In this document: positions 28,543 to 38,001 of the stretch, in pieces | How the letters are laid out: every line of letters starts with the position of its first letter | Position numbering within the stretch: the stretch's first letter is position 1 | Virus record (IMG/VR): IMGVR_UViG_3300037116_000081 | Location: 1 to 64,000 of that record | DNA length: 64,000 nt | Reading direction: 5' to 3' (one strand) | Source: a virus | Made by a program: the position numbers and the translations under genes | Notes under the pieces: generated by a model | Seen by the model: the letters and a program-made list of their open reading frames with translations, nothing else | The model's database searches: none | Told to the model about the DNA's origin: nothing

Positions 28543-29163
28543 ATGAACCCCCTCGGCACACCAGCTTACTTACCAGGCATCGACGTTTCGCACTTCCAGG
28601 GAGTCATAGACTGGCAGCGCGTGAAAGCGGCGGGCATCGGATTCGCATTTATCAAGGCGACGGATGGGACAGGCTTTGTGGACCCGCAACTGAACTACAA
28701 TGCTCTTGCTTGCCAAGCGCTGAGTATCCCGTTCGGGCTTTACCATTTCTTCCGGCCCACCGCGGACTCTGCGTCACAGGCTCAGTTTTTCCTGGCCAAC
28801 ACCAAGCCCTATACCCCGTTGCTTCCGCCTGCGCTTGATCTGGAACTCGGCCCGGTGACAACGAGTCAAGCGGCTACATGGCTCGACATCGTAGACGTGG
28901 CGCTTGGCCGCGAATCTCTGGTGTACACTGCCCCGGCTTTCGCGGCCGAGAATTTTAACGGCGAAAACTCAGGACTGATCAGCGTCTATCCCCTCTGGAT
29001 TGCAGAGTACACAACCAAACCTGCCCCAACTGTGCCGGCCGCGTGGGAAGATTGGGAATTCTGGCAGCACACCCCGAGTGGACAAGTTGACGGAGTACCG
29101 AATGCAGTAGACTTAGATTGGTTCCATGGAACAGCCGACGATTTAAGGGCATGGGTGAAATGA
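28543..29163 (+). CDS. GH25 muramidase (endolysin)
   Basis: GIDVSHFQG.IDW, IKAT.G, GLYHF, LDLE, LWIA.Y, FWQ and VDLD motifs. Confidence 0.95.
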   Translation: MNPLGTPAYLPGIDVSHFQGVIDWQRVKAAGIGFAFIKATDGTGFVDPQLNYNALACQALSIPFGLYHFFRPTADSASQAQFFLANTKPYTPLLPPALDLELGPVTTSQAATWLDIVDVALGRESLVYTAPAFAAENFNGENSGLISVYPLWIAEYTTKPAPTVPAAWEDWEFWQHTPSGQVDGVPNAVDLDWFHGTADDLRAWVK

Positions 29164-29222
29164 CCGCGAGCATTTTGCGTTTCGTTTTGCACTGGGGTAG
29201 CAGGACGCTGGGAGATCGATGA

Positions 29223-29600
29223 ATGGCGACTAAGCGTAAACAAGTTCGACCCACGAAAGGGGAACCCGCTCAACCGTCTCCCGCTGGTTTTGAAGCATGG
29301 GCTATTATCGAAATCTTTGGCCACCAGAAATACGCGGGCAAGGTTTCGGAGTTCGCAATCGGCGGGTGTAATTTCGTGCGCGTCGATGTTCCCGAGCTGC
29401 CCACGCGCCGTCCACAGGAACCGGCCATGCCCGCGTTTACCAAGCTCTTTGGAAACGGAGCCGTGTATTCGATCACGCTTGTATCTGAGGACGTGGCCCG
29501 CGCGGTCGCTGCGACGATCCGGCCAGAGCCGCTCAACGTTTACATCCCGATAATCCCTGACCGCCAGTTGCGCTCCGGAGACGAGGACGGATTTCAGTGA
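29223..29600 (+). CDS. Conserved phage protein (WAIIEIFGH family)
   Basis: Close inverted copy at 33789..34175. Confidence 0.8.
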   Translation: MATKRKQVRPTKGEPAQPSPAGFEAWAIIEIFGHQKYAGKVSEFAIGGCNFVRVDVPELPTRRPQEPAMPAFTKLFGNGAVYSITLVSEDVARAVAATIRPEPLNVYIPIIPDRQLRSGDEDGFQ

Positions 29601-29676
29601 TGTCGCCGACCGTTCGGAATCTTGGGCAGGGCTACTTCAGTGCCCTGCCGACAGCCCCTGGAACCTGAAAAGATTC

Positions 29677-30210
29677 GTGTACCTCTACTACCAACCCCGG
29701 CGAAGAAGAGGCTTCGGTGATCTCTCAACCGTTGCGGCCGCGATTCAGCAAATTGAAGGTTGGGCGCCCGGTACACGATCTTACCGCAATAACAATCCTG
29801 GGAACCTGATGTACGCGGGGCAACCCGGCGCGACTGGCCAAGATCCTCAAGGCTTCGCAATCTTTCCGGATTATCAAACCGGGCTCACGGCGCTCGACAA
29901 TCAAATCACACTCGACGCTTCGCGCGGCCAGACCATTTCGCAGTTCACGTCCATCTATGCCCCGGCGTCAGACGGAAATAACCCCACGTCGTATGCGGCG
30001 CAAATAGCTTCAGCGGCCGGCCTCTCACCTTCAGACTCACTTTCAGCAGCAATCGCGGGCTCCAGCTCGGCGCCCGACGTTTCAAGCGGTATGGATCTCT
30101 CATCGCTGTTTCCGTCGCTCAGCCTTCCGTCAATCGACTTCACGGACCCGACGACAATTGCCGTAACGGTGGGGATCGGCCTGGCGCTGGCGTGGGCACT
30201 GAATGCGTAA
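29677..30210 (+). CDS. Virion-associated lysozyme-like protein with C-terminal TM
   Basis: I..IEG...RNNNPGNL...FA.F...G..AL...YAP..D.N.P..Y; RRRGFGD leader. Confidence 0.8.
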   Translation: MYLYYQPRRRRGFGDLSTVAAAIQQIEGWAPGTRSYRNNNPGNLMYAGQPGATGQDPQGFAIFPDYQTGLTALDNQITLDASRGQTISQFTSIYAPASDGNNPTSYAAQIASAAGLSPSDSLSAAIAGSSSAPDVSSGMDLSSLFPSLSLPSIDFTDPTTIAVTVGIGLALAWALNA

Positions 30211-30466
30211 CTCTTTTCGTTTTGTGCTGCCCTGGAGTAGCAGCACGGAGAATGGTCGGCAAAGGGGGTGATGCACTTTGCAATCTGCGCACTTTGCGGC
30301 GGCTACCATGCAATCGGATGCTGTCCAACCCCGCAGTTTTGCCCGCGCGTGGACGTGGTAGCGCTAGCGGGCCGGTAAAACCACGATCTCCCAACCTCTT
30401 GGGCGGGGCTATTCCAGTGCCCCGCCGATAGCCCCTATAGTACTTTCCAACTTGAATTAAACTGGT

Positions 30467-30667
30467 GTGTGCAGTAGACTCTTTATCGTGCCCGAAGAAC
30501 TTGACGACACCAACGAACTCTGCCCTGAATGCGGAGAGTCGATTAATGAGTGCGAGTGCGACGACGACGATATTTGCTGTGAAGAGTGCGGAGAGCTGCT
30601 GGCTGAATGCATCTGCGATCCAGACGAAGACGGCGAAGGAGACGAGGACAACGATGAAATCAGCTAA
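30467..30667 (+). CDS. Acidic Cys-rich small protein
   Basis: Two CxECGE...ECxC repeats. Confidence 0.55.
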   Translation: MCSRLFIVPEELDDTNELCPECGESINECECDDDDICCEECGELLAECICDPDEDGEGDEDNDEIS

Positions 30668-30872
30668 CCCTTACATCGAAGTGAACCTTCAGATCGACTA
30701 CGATCTACTCGAATCACAGCGCTGCTTGTGTGGCGACCACAAAACGATGGGGCAGAAGATGTGTAACGGCTGCTACGCGAGACTCCGCACGGGCCAGCAA
30801 GCCCAACTCGCGGCAATGCAGCCGGGGGACGGCGTTGCGAATGCAGTAGCAGGATTGGTGCGGCGTGGCTGA
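30654..30872 (+). CDS. Small Zn-finger protein
   Basis: CLCG...CNGC. Confidence 0.55.
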   Translation: MKSANPYIEVNLQIDYDLLESQRCLCGDHKTMGQKMCNGCYARLRTGQQAQLAAMQPGDGVANAVAGLVRRG

Positions 30873-31092
30873 TATCGTTCACATTGCCGCGATTCCCCAG
30901 GAGAAAGAGCAACGCTGCCTCCGTTGTCTGCGAAAGCTGATCGACATCGACCCGGTAACGCAAGCCAGCTTTACGCCCACAGCCTTCGTGATGCAAACAG
31001 CGGGCGGGCATTGCGAAATCCAAGAGTCGGACGCAGGGCCGGGACAGATCGCATGCAGGGGTCGGGGTAGGCCACGGGAGAAAAGCATATGA
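30865..31092 (+). CDS. Small Cys-containing protein
   Basis: Coupled; CxxC. Confidence 0.5.
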   Translation: MADIVHIAAIPQEKEQRCLRCLRKLIDIDPVTQASFTPTAFVMQTAGGHCEIQESDAGPGQIACRGRGRPREKSI

Positions 31093-31502
31093 CGTGCCCG
31101 AAGTGCGGCGCGGAAGTCCCAGAAGGAAAGATCGCCTGCCAATGTTTCCTGGTGGCTGTCGATAACGAGATTGAAACGCGCGCGCTGAAAAACTTTGCGG
31201 AGGGTCCACCACACACTTCGCGCTTGTACCTGACAAGCTCCCCCTCTAGCGGCTACCACTTAATGCCGATGCCGCGGGACTGCTTGACGCTGTGTCGCAA
31301 GAAACGCTACGGCAGACCCGAGACCCGCATAATCTTCGCCGACGAGATCCGGAAGAAAGGGCTCGATATCACAAGCGGAAAGAAACCCGATTGGTGCATG
31401 GGCTGTCTGATGAAAGCGCTTCAGAGCGCGAACGCGGGAAAGCCTCAGCCGGCGAAAGACAACTCCGAAGAGCGCCAACCCCAAAAGAGCCAATGCGAAT
31501 AG
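31089..31502 (+). CDS. Zn-ribbon protein
   Basis: CPKCG...CQC and CMGC. Confidence 0.6.
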   Translation: MTCPKCGAEVPEGKIACQCFLVAVDNEIETRALKNFAEGPPHTSRLYLTSSPSSGYHLMPMPRDCLTLCRKKRYGRPETRIIFADEIRKKGLDITSGKKPDWCMGCLMKALQSANAGKPQPAKDNSEERQPQKSQCE

Positions 31503-31894
31503 ATGTAACTCCTGGTGATGTTCAAGTAGCCTCAGTTGAGGTACGCCGGCATACTGGGGGGATCTACAGCGTCCAAATCCTGACGCCACACGAACGGCGG
31601 GCCGGATGCATCGCGCACGGATCAGTAACTGGCAAGAATGATCCGCGTTCCCAGATGGTCTACCTGTACGCCTTTGAGCCTGGTTTGGGCGTACTGAATG
31701 CCCCGACGCGAATTCTTTTCACGCCAGAATCAAACGATGAAGAAGAAGCTTTTTTACTAGGCCTCTTCGACGTACTGGACGATTGGTCGCGCTACACCGT
31801 GGCGCTCATTGCAATCCCGGCTTCAGTACTTGAAGAAGCTGAAGAAGCAGGAAGCTGGGAGCCACAAGGGCCAGTGGACTACTTGGCTACCTGA
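31493..31894 (+). CDS. Hypothetical protein
   Basis: Overlapping start at 31493. Confidence 0.55.
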   Translation: MRIDVTPGDVQVASVEVRRHTGGIYSVQILTPHERRAGCIAHGSVTGKNDPRSQMVYLYAFEPGLGVLNAPTRILFTPESNDEEEAFLLGLFDVLDDWSRYTVALIAIPASVLEEAEEAGSWEPQGPVDYLAT

Positions 31895-32540
31895 GACCCG
31901 AGATCCGTTCCAGCAATCCCATGATCCTGTCCAGCTTGTCTATTATACATTCGCGCTCCTCTGAGCTGTCTTTCGTCGGCTGTTCCTTTTCCGCGTTCGC
32001 GCGCTGAGGCGGCACGGCGAACGCGGCGCTAGCCCTGAGATTGGGCAACACGTCCCCCTGTGAGTTGCCGGGGAAGTGTGGGCCGTCGTGTCCGACGTCG
32101 TACCCACACCGAATAATCCGCGCCCAATCATTCTGAAACCCAGCAGAACCGTGAGGAGTTGAGTAGAAGTACGGGCACTGTTCACGGTGCTTGGCGCATC
32201 CAGCAACACCAGGACAGTCGGGCTGATCATTGTACATTCGCGGGCCGGCATTCCCGCAAATTCCGCATGGCGAATCCGCATATGCTGAATGGGCTCCTGA
32301 GTGGCCATTATTCAACTCGCATGAATTCCCGCCCATGGTGTCCCTCCCGCACTTTTCACGCGGCATAGCGCCCTCCTTGTTTACTAACTTGTGTGGACCG
32401 TAATGCCCTTCGACCATGACACAACCCGTCTCGTGGCACCGCACCAACGGAGTGAATATGTGCTCTCCGTCATGGCCCCGATGGACCCTACATTGCGTGG
32501 TGCCTTCGTAGACCCCGCAACGCGCTGGATCATGCGGCAT
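31887..32540 (-). CDS. Cys/His-rich repeat protein
   Basis: Four C-x4-GHxGxH units; AAGGAGG RBS duplicated internally. Confidence 0.7.
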   Translation of the reverse strand: MPHDPARCGVYEGTTQCRVHRGHDGEHIFTPLVRCHETGCVMVEGHYGPHKLVNKEGAMPREKCGRDTMGGNSCELNNGHSGAHSAYADSPCGICGNAGPRMYNDQPDCPGVAGCAKHREQCPYFYSTPHGSAGFQNDWARIIRCGYDVGHDGPHFPGNSQGDVLPNLRASAAFAVPPQRANAEKEQPTKDSSEERECIIDKLDRIMGLLERISGLR

Positions 32541-33048
32541 AGCGCCCTCCTTGCTGTCCAATATACACCGAGATCCCGAGACTCTTGATGTCCGAAGGTG
32601 CGAACCTCACAGTATAGCCGATCGACTTCCCGAAGGTCTCAGCAGCAGCGGCAGCGGCTACAGCGGTCTTTAGCGCGTCTTCGAGCCGGGTAGGAGGAAT
32701 AGACGTTGGGATACCGTCCAAGGGCTCAGATTGGTCAAGAATCGTTGCTATGGCTGTTTTAGGAGCTATCTTCGTCTCGTGCGGCAATGGAGTAGCCGCA
32801 CGTTGGGCCCCGTTGGCTATCCAGTTGAAAGTACGCCCGTTCTGGTGTTTCGTGATAGTAAACGGCTGTCCGGGCCTTACGCCCAGGTCTTCGATCTGTG
32901 GGCCTACTAACAGTGGCGTGTACAGCAAGTCACCGTTTGAGAGTATCCAGCGGAGCTGATCTCCCCAGGTGCCGGGCACTAGTTTCCCGGTCGGGTACCT
33001 CAGTGCGATGGTGTAGGGCTTGTTCGGCTCCAACTTTAGGATTGGCAT
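32530..33048 (-). CDS. Hypothetical protein, possible OB-fold ssDNA-binding protein
   Basis: Beta-rich N-domain, linker containing hairpin 32773, helical C-domain. Confidence 0.6.
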   Translation of the reverse strand: MPILKLEPNKPYTIALRYPTGKLVPGTWGDQLRWILSNGDLLYTPLLVGPQIEDLGVRPGQPFTITKHQNGRTFNWIANGAQRAATPLPHETKIAPKTAIATILDQSEPLDGIPTSIPPTRLEDALKTAVAAAAAAETFGKSIGYTVRFAPSDIKSLGISVYIGQQGGRYAA

Positions 33049-33049
33049 G

Positions 33050-33220
33050 TTAGCGGCGAGCCCTTTCGAGTTCATCTTCAGCATCGTCTTCTTCTTCGAC
33101 CGGATCGGCCGCGCGGCTTTGTGCTTGGCTGTGATCTTCAAATCGCCTCTGCTGGTCGCGTGAATAACGGTAAGCGTCCTGTGCGTCAATCGCTCTTTGT
33201 TGTTCTAACCATGTTTGCAT
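33050..33220 (-). CDS. 56-aa acidic protein
   Basis: MQTWLEQQ...EDELERARR; C-terminus resembles 44032..44250. Confidence 0.5.
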   Translation of the reverse strand: MQTWLEQQRAIDAQDAYRYSRDQQRRFEDHSQAQSRAADPVEEEDDAEDELERARR

Positions 33221-33371
33221 CATGGTTAAGTTTCGCCCGCAGACGTTGGGCGCGTCACTGGATCGAAGGTACCGAAATGAAAGGCGAAGATGCCTATGCC
33301 AAATCAGGTGTTTGTCCTAGTACCGAATCCTCAGGGCGCTGCATTCCAGAGCAGCGCGAGACGCAGAAAAA

Positions 33372-33719
33372 TCATAAGCGAGTGAACGTAATCTGATCTC
33401 CTACTTCTGTTGAAAGTGCTCCCCCAGAAGGAAGCTCAAGCACAGAATTGGAGCCGGATACTTCGGCGATTCTGAACCCAGGCGGTGCCGCAACATGCTG
33501 AAGCACGCGCCCGCGATTGTCCAGGTACAGCACGTCAATCGGAAACTTCATCCCCACCGTATGAACGCTCTGGCACTTCAAAATCAGCAAGCCTTCGCCG
33601 GCCTGCATCGACGTTCGATCGAGTAGCCCGCGCGTTCGTTCCTGATCTGATTGAGCTACTTTACAGACTGAACAGAGGAGTATTTGTTTGGTTTGATTGA
33701 ATACTCTAAGGTGGGCCAC
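33372..33719 (-). CDS. DUF192 family protein
   Basis: ER.RGLL.R...G.LI...SVHT.GM.FPIDV.YLD...VLEL..G motif. Confidence 0.9.
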   Translation of the reverse strand: MAHLRVFNQTKQILLCSVCKVAQSDQERTRGLLDRTSMQAGEGLLILKCQSVHTVGMKFPIDVLYLDNRGRVLQHVAAPPGFRIAEVSGSNSVLELPSGGALSTEVGDQITFTRL

Positions 33720-33788
33720 TTCAATTTCCAGGAGTTATCGGCAGGGCACTGGAGTAGCCCTGCCCAAGAGGTTGGACGGTCGTAGAGC

Positions 33789-34175
33789 TCACTGATAATC
33801 ATCCTCGTCTCCTGAGTGCAACTGGCGGTCAGGGATTACCGGAATGTATATATTGAGCGGTTCAGGGCGAATCGTAGCGGCAACCGTGCGCGCTACGCCT
33901 TCAGATACAAGAGTGATCGAATACACAGCGCCGTTCCCAAAAAACTTGGTAAACGCGGGCATCGCGGATTCCTCGGGACGTCGCGCTGGCAACTCCGGAA
34001 CATCGACGCGCACGAAGTTACATCCACCGATTGCGAACTCGGAAACCTTGCCGGCGTATTTTTGATGTCCAAAGATTTCGATAATCGCCCATGCTTCAAA
34101 AGCAGCGGGGGACGGTTGAGCAGGTTCGCCTACCCGTCCCCCTTTGGGGTGTTGAACTTGTTTGCGAGTGCCCAT
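33789..34175 (-). CDS. Conserved phage protein, inverted paralogue of 29223..29600
   Basis: Direct alignment. Confidence 0.8.
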   Translation of the reverse strand: MGTRKQVQHPKGGRVGEPAQPSPAAFEAWAIIEIFGHQKYAGKVSEFAIGGCNFVRVDVPELPARRPEESAMPAFTKFFGNGAVYSITLVSEGVARTVAATIRPEPLNIYIPVIPDRQLHSGDEDDYQ

Positions 34176-34387
34176 TTTTCATAACTCCCAACGTCCTGCA
34201 TTCCAGAGCAGGACGAAACGAATAAATCCCCGCGCCCGGCTCCGTTTCACCTTTTCTGATCACCCCCCGGTAATTTTCAAGGGAAGCGGAGCCAGACACG
34301 AGACGCCCCGAATCTCCGCCGCTCGGGACCACGCGGGTTGCAATCGACGCTCGCCCGGCTAAGGTTGCGGCGCCGATCCGGAACTTG

Positions 34388-34960
34388 TTAAAGCTTCTTA
34401 GCAGCCTTGGCTGTCGCTTGGGCTGCTGTGGTCGTCGCGGTGGTACTCGTAACGGGCGTCGCGACTCCGAACAAATCACCAACCGCCGTCGCTGCTGTCG
34501 GTGACACAGTAACGGTATCGGTCAACGTTTCCGCCGTCGATCCGTCCTTGTTGAGCACCGTCACTGTACAACTGATGGGGACATTCGGCTGCGCGGGAGC
34601 GGAAGGCGTCGATACCACACCGCTAAGCATGGTGAAAGTGCCAGCCGGAACCGAAGCTGTAGCATCTGCCGGCCGCACCGCTACGGGTGATGCGTCAGGC
34701 GTCAACGCGACGGTGGCAGGGTCCGCCGATACAGCGCTAATGGTTTGACCAGGGCCGAGCAACGCGCCAAGAAACGGAGCGGTGCCGAAAATGTAGAAAT
34801 TGTCTGTGTCCCCTACGGGAAGAATCAATGGCATATTTTCTCCTTTTGACTTTGAAAACAGAATGCCGATCCGACTTGGAACCGGGTTAATTAACCGTCG
34901 AAGCTCCTTGAGTATTTCTCTTTCAAGCTCAAGAATTTCTCTAAGCTCTGCGGGCCACAT
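34388..34960 (-). CDS. Ig-like beta-sandwich protein (in-frame fusion of two ORFs)
   Basis: Internal AAGGAG+ATG at 34834; paralogues 45023..45172 and 44545..45021. Confidence 0.7.
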   Translation of the reverse strand: MWPAELREILELEREILKELRRLINPVPSRIGILFSKSKGENMPLILPVGDTDNFYIFGTAPFLGALLGPGQTISAVSADPATVALTPDASPVAVRPADATASVPAGTFTMLSGVVSTPSAPAQPNVPISCTVTVLNKDGSTAETLTDTVTVSPTAATAVGDLFGVATPVTSTTATTTAAQATAKAAKKL

Positions 34961-34962
34961 TT

Positions 34963-35181
34963 CTAGGCCGTGGGTGTTGCGGGCTTCGCCGCGGCGGTTT
35001 TTGCCGCTATCGCTGCCTGAAGTCCTTGAATGGCCGTCATGGCCGCAGTGTCATTGACGTCCGCCTGGGCGAGCACCATAATGGTAGTGCTGCCGTCCGG
35101 ATGCACCAAGCTAAGAATCAGGTTCACGATCCCCGGAGCCTGACCGATCAATGTTGTGATGATTGGCAATATCAAGCCCAT
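34963..35181 (-). CDS. Small amphipathic protein
   Basis: Paralogue of 45174..45389. Confidence 0.7.
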   Translation of the reverse strand: MGLILPIITTLIGQAPGIVNLILSLVHPDGSTTIMVLAQADVNDTAAMTAIQGLQAAIAAKTAAAKPATPTA

Positions 35182-35661
35182 TTATGTCCCCACCTTTGCT
35201 TGGATTATTTGGAGCGTCACCACGAGACTGCTCAGCGCTGTCGTGATAGCCACCTTTGCGGCCGCGTTTTTGATATTGAAAACATCCCCGGAGGTGATCG
35301 ACGCCTGCGCCTCTTGAATGATTGGGGTGATAATCGCCGCTATCGAGGTATTCCCCGCAGCCGCGAGCGTACTGATGGCTTTGGTTGCCGTCACAGCGCG
35401 CACATTGGCGTTGATGATGTCCGTCAGGAGCGCCGCTACCCTAGTTCCTTCAGCCGGCGTCATAGCGCCCTGGTTCACCAACGCCGTGCTCGTGTTGGCA
35501 ACGATCGTCACGCCTTGGGGAATGGCCACTTCGGCATTGGCCACAATCTGAAGCGGTGTGAGCGCAGGCGCGCCGACCGAGCCTACTTTCGCGCATCCAG
35601 TCAACGCCACGAAAAAGATGAGCGGCAGGATCAGTGCCGCACGATGAAATTTAATAGGCAT
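35182..35661 (-). CDS. Helical lipoprotein
   Basis: Lipobox LTGC; paralogue of 45391..45882. Confidence 0.75.
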   Translation of the reverse strand: MPIKFHRAALILPLIFFVALTGCAKVGSVGAPALTPLQIVANAEVAIPQGVTIVANTSTALVNQGAMTPAEGTRVAALLTDIINANVRAVTATKAISTLAAAGNTSIAAIITPIIQEAQASITSGDVFNIKNAAAKVAITTALSSLVVTLQIIQAKVGT

Positions 35662-35662
35662 G

Positions 35663-36019
35663 TTAGCTCAGTACGTTTTGAATGCTCTCGCCGTTTGCCA
35701 CGCGCACGATGATCATTCCTGCCGCCTCGTAGTTCCCAAAGGCTTCGATCCAGATTTGCAGGTACAGCAAATCGTTCGCCGGGTCCACTCCGAGCGTGGT
35801 CAGGTCTTGGTTCGGGTCCACCCACGGGGCCGAGCCGTTATTCTGTGTGGTGTTGAGCGGGCACATGAGGTTTTGGCCCCCACCCGTTTCGTTAGCGAAG
35901 AGCGCGATCGGTTGGCCTTTGTCGATACCGGCCGCGACGATTGAAGCTATCAGGGCTTGCGCCGCGTTCACGGTCACATTCAGCGAAGCGCGCCCCGCTG
36001 TGAATCCTTGAGTGTTCAT
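35663..36019 (-). CDS. Hypothetical protein
   Basis: AAGGAG RBS; paralogue of 45885..46232. Confidence 0.75.
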   Translation of the reverse strand: MNTQGFTAGRASLNVTVNAAQALIASIVAAGIDKGQPIALFANETGGGQNLMCPLNTTQNNGSAPWVDPNQDLTTLGVDPANDLLYLQIWIEAFGNYEAAGMIIVRVANGESIQNVLS

Positions 36020-36368
36020 GTATTTCTCCTTTTTATTTTACCGCTACCAGGTTCTCAACCATCATACTGCAATTCAGATAAGAAGCAAGTACCGGAGCGT
36101 ACCAGGACCTTACTCCGTTTCGCGCTGAACTGGGGTTTCAGCGCGTGAGGATTTGCGGGCACGCCACCACAGTTCTGGATCTCCGCTGCGATTCTTGTGC
36201 CATTTACCTTTGTGCCCCTTAGGGAGCGAGCATTGAGTGCCCCCACGCTTTCCGAACTCAGTTGAACGGCAACGCCTCACGATTGACCTCCCAACGTGCT
36301 GCTACTCCAGATTGACCTCCCAACGTGCTGCTACTCCTACTCCAGTGCAGCACGAGACGAATATAACC

Positions 36369-37202
36369 TCACAGAAATCTTTGATTGACCCAGCTCTGTA
36401 CTCCATCCAGAAACTCAATTGGCCCAAAAGGCGTCTCCTGCGTTTTCCCGCATTCGTAATCCCAAACAGGCTCCCAGAGCTGAACCGATAACAGATCCCG
36501 CAAGTCCCGCTCAATCTCCGCGCTGTGCGTTGCGATGTGCAAGCGCTTCACTTTCGCGTTGAGGTCATCCAGCCCTGCGCGGATCACGAGGTATTCCTGG
36601 CCCTGTATGTCCACGTCGATCACATCGACTAACTGGTGAGGGCGCAGAAGATCGGCCAACGTGACGGTTTCAGTTGTTAGCCCTTCTTCATTGAGCGTAG
36701 CTATCCGTTGTCCGTACCACTCAGCCGGCCGGCCAGTCAGAAAGAGACATTCGCCCGGTGTGTCCGATACTGCGGCTTCGACTAATGTCGGAATGATGCA
36801 AGGCGCTATGCCGAGTCCGTTATCTCGGCAATGTTGCAACATCCATTGGTAATGCGTGGGCTCCGCCTCCACCGCTACCAATCGGGTTCGCTCTAGCCCA
36901 GCCGCAAACGCCGCCCGCACAGACCAGCGGCCATATCCGGCGCCCAGCTCCATGAACGTATAAATTTCGTTCGCGGCCTGCACGGATTCCAGTAGATCAA
37001 TCCACTCAAAGTACTCTTCGTTGAACGCAGGAAGCCCAGCTACTCCTACGGCGCCCGGCCCTTCCCTCGTTGTCTGCGCGGTGAATTCCGCCCGCGAAAC
37101 AGTTCCGAGGAAGCTGTCACTTAGAAAAACAGGATTGCCCCACATGCGTAGAGGAGCCGGCTTCCGCACGAAATGAGAGAAGACTGGGTGATGTTCAGGC
37201 AT
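36369..37202 (-). CDS. FkbM-family SAM methyltransferase
   Basis: MELGAGYG, VAVEAEP, AAVS and VD.IDVDIQG.E motifs. Confidence 0.9.
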   Translation of the reverse strand: MPEHHPVFSHFVRKPAPLRMWGNPVFLSDSFLGTVSRAEFTAQTTREGPGAVGVAGLPAFNEEYFEWIDLLESVQAANEIYTFMELGAGYGRWSVRAAFAAGLERTRLVAVEAEPTHYQWMLQHCRDNGLGIAPCIIPTLVEAAVSDTPGECLFLTGRPAEWYGQRIATLNEEGLTTETVTLADLLRPHQLVDVIDVDIQGQEYLVIRAGLDDLNAKVKRLHIATHSAEIERDLRDLLSVQLWEPVWDYECGKTQETPFGPIEFLDGVQSWVNQRFL

Positions 37203-37205
37203 TGC

Positions 37206-37529
37206 TCAAATCGATTCCCAAAACGATTCCCTTGTCTTGAATGGAGGAGACTCAACATTTTCCGTCCCGCGCTGAACTGGGGTTTCAGCGCGTTGAGCAC
37301 TCATCCACTTACTGAGGGCCTTCGATGCGCAGGGTTCGGAGCAGATGTGTTTTTCTACTGTGTCGTCACCCGCGTTTACAACCGTCGTATCCCATGGGAT
37401 TAATATAAAGACATCGGCGATCAACAAGCTCGGCGTTCGCTGTTGCGCGTACGGCCTTAACCTCCACCAGTGATTCGATTCCTGCTTTTGCTTCCCGCAC
37501 CCATCGCACGAGTAGACTTCGGATTTCAT
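37206..37529 (-). CDS. Zn-binding hypothetical protein
   Basis: CDGCG...NHWW...HICS..C. Confidence 0.65.
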   Translation of the reverse strand: MKSEVYSCDGCGKQKQESNHWWRLRPYAQQRTPSLLIADVFILIPWDTTVVNAGDDTVEKHICSEPCASKALSKWMSAQRAETPVQRGTENVESPPFKTRESFWESI

Positions 37530-37819
37530 TCCGCCATCCGTCCTTTACAGAACTCGCGATGCGCTCCCCGCTGGCCCTGAAGCAACATCACTTCCACGCA
37601 ATTACAGCACAGCCCCGCGTGTTCATCATTCGCGCCTGCGCTCAGTAGCGCGCCGCACTTCCGGCAATTGTGTGGTTCAAACAGCGGACGGAGACGCGTT
37701 CCCAGGTCCCTACAGAATCGCGCGAACTGAAACGGATCAGAAACAGCCAATCCCAAACCAAGCAACGCGAGCAGAGGGAAGAACAACACCAGGCCGACGT
37801 AATTGAATGCGCGTCTCAT
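37526..37819 (-). CDS. TM plus Zn-finger protein
   Basis: N-terminal TM; two CxxC. Confidence 0.5.
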   Translation of the reverse strand: MRRAFNYVGLVLFFPLLALLGLGLAVSDPFQFARFCRDLGTRLRPLFEPHNCRKCGALLSAGANDEHAGLCCNCVEVMLLQGQRGAHREFCKGRMAE

Positions 37820-38001
37820 ATTGGCCTCGCTATTACATCGTGGCTATAATGGTCCCACCAGAAATCATGAAAGCGACTCGCGTTCAACTCGCCGGCATCG
37901 GCTTTTAGCTGATCGAAGTCGGGCTCGAGCAACTCCTGTTCTGACGTGGCAACAAGCGAAGGGAACGCGAGCGAGCACGATTTACAGAACAGTTCGAACA
38001 T
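37816..38001 (-). CDS. Small hypothetical protein
   Basis: Coupled; CxxC ... HxxH. Confidence 0.5.
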   Translation of the reverse strand: MFELFCKSCSLAFPSLVATSEQELLEPDFDQLKADAGELNASRFHDFWWDHYSHDVIARPI

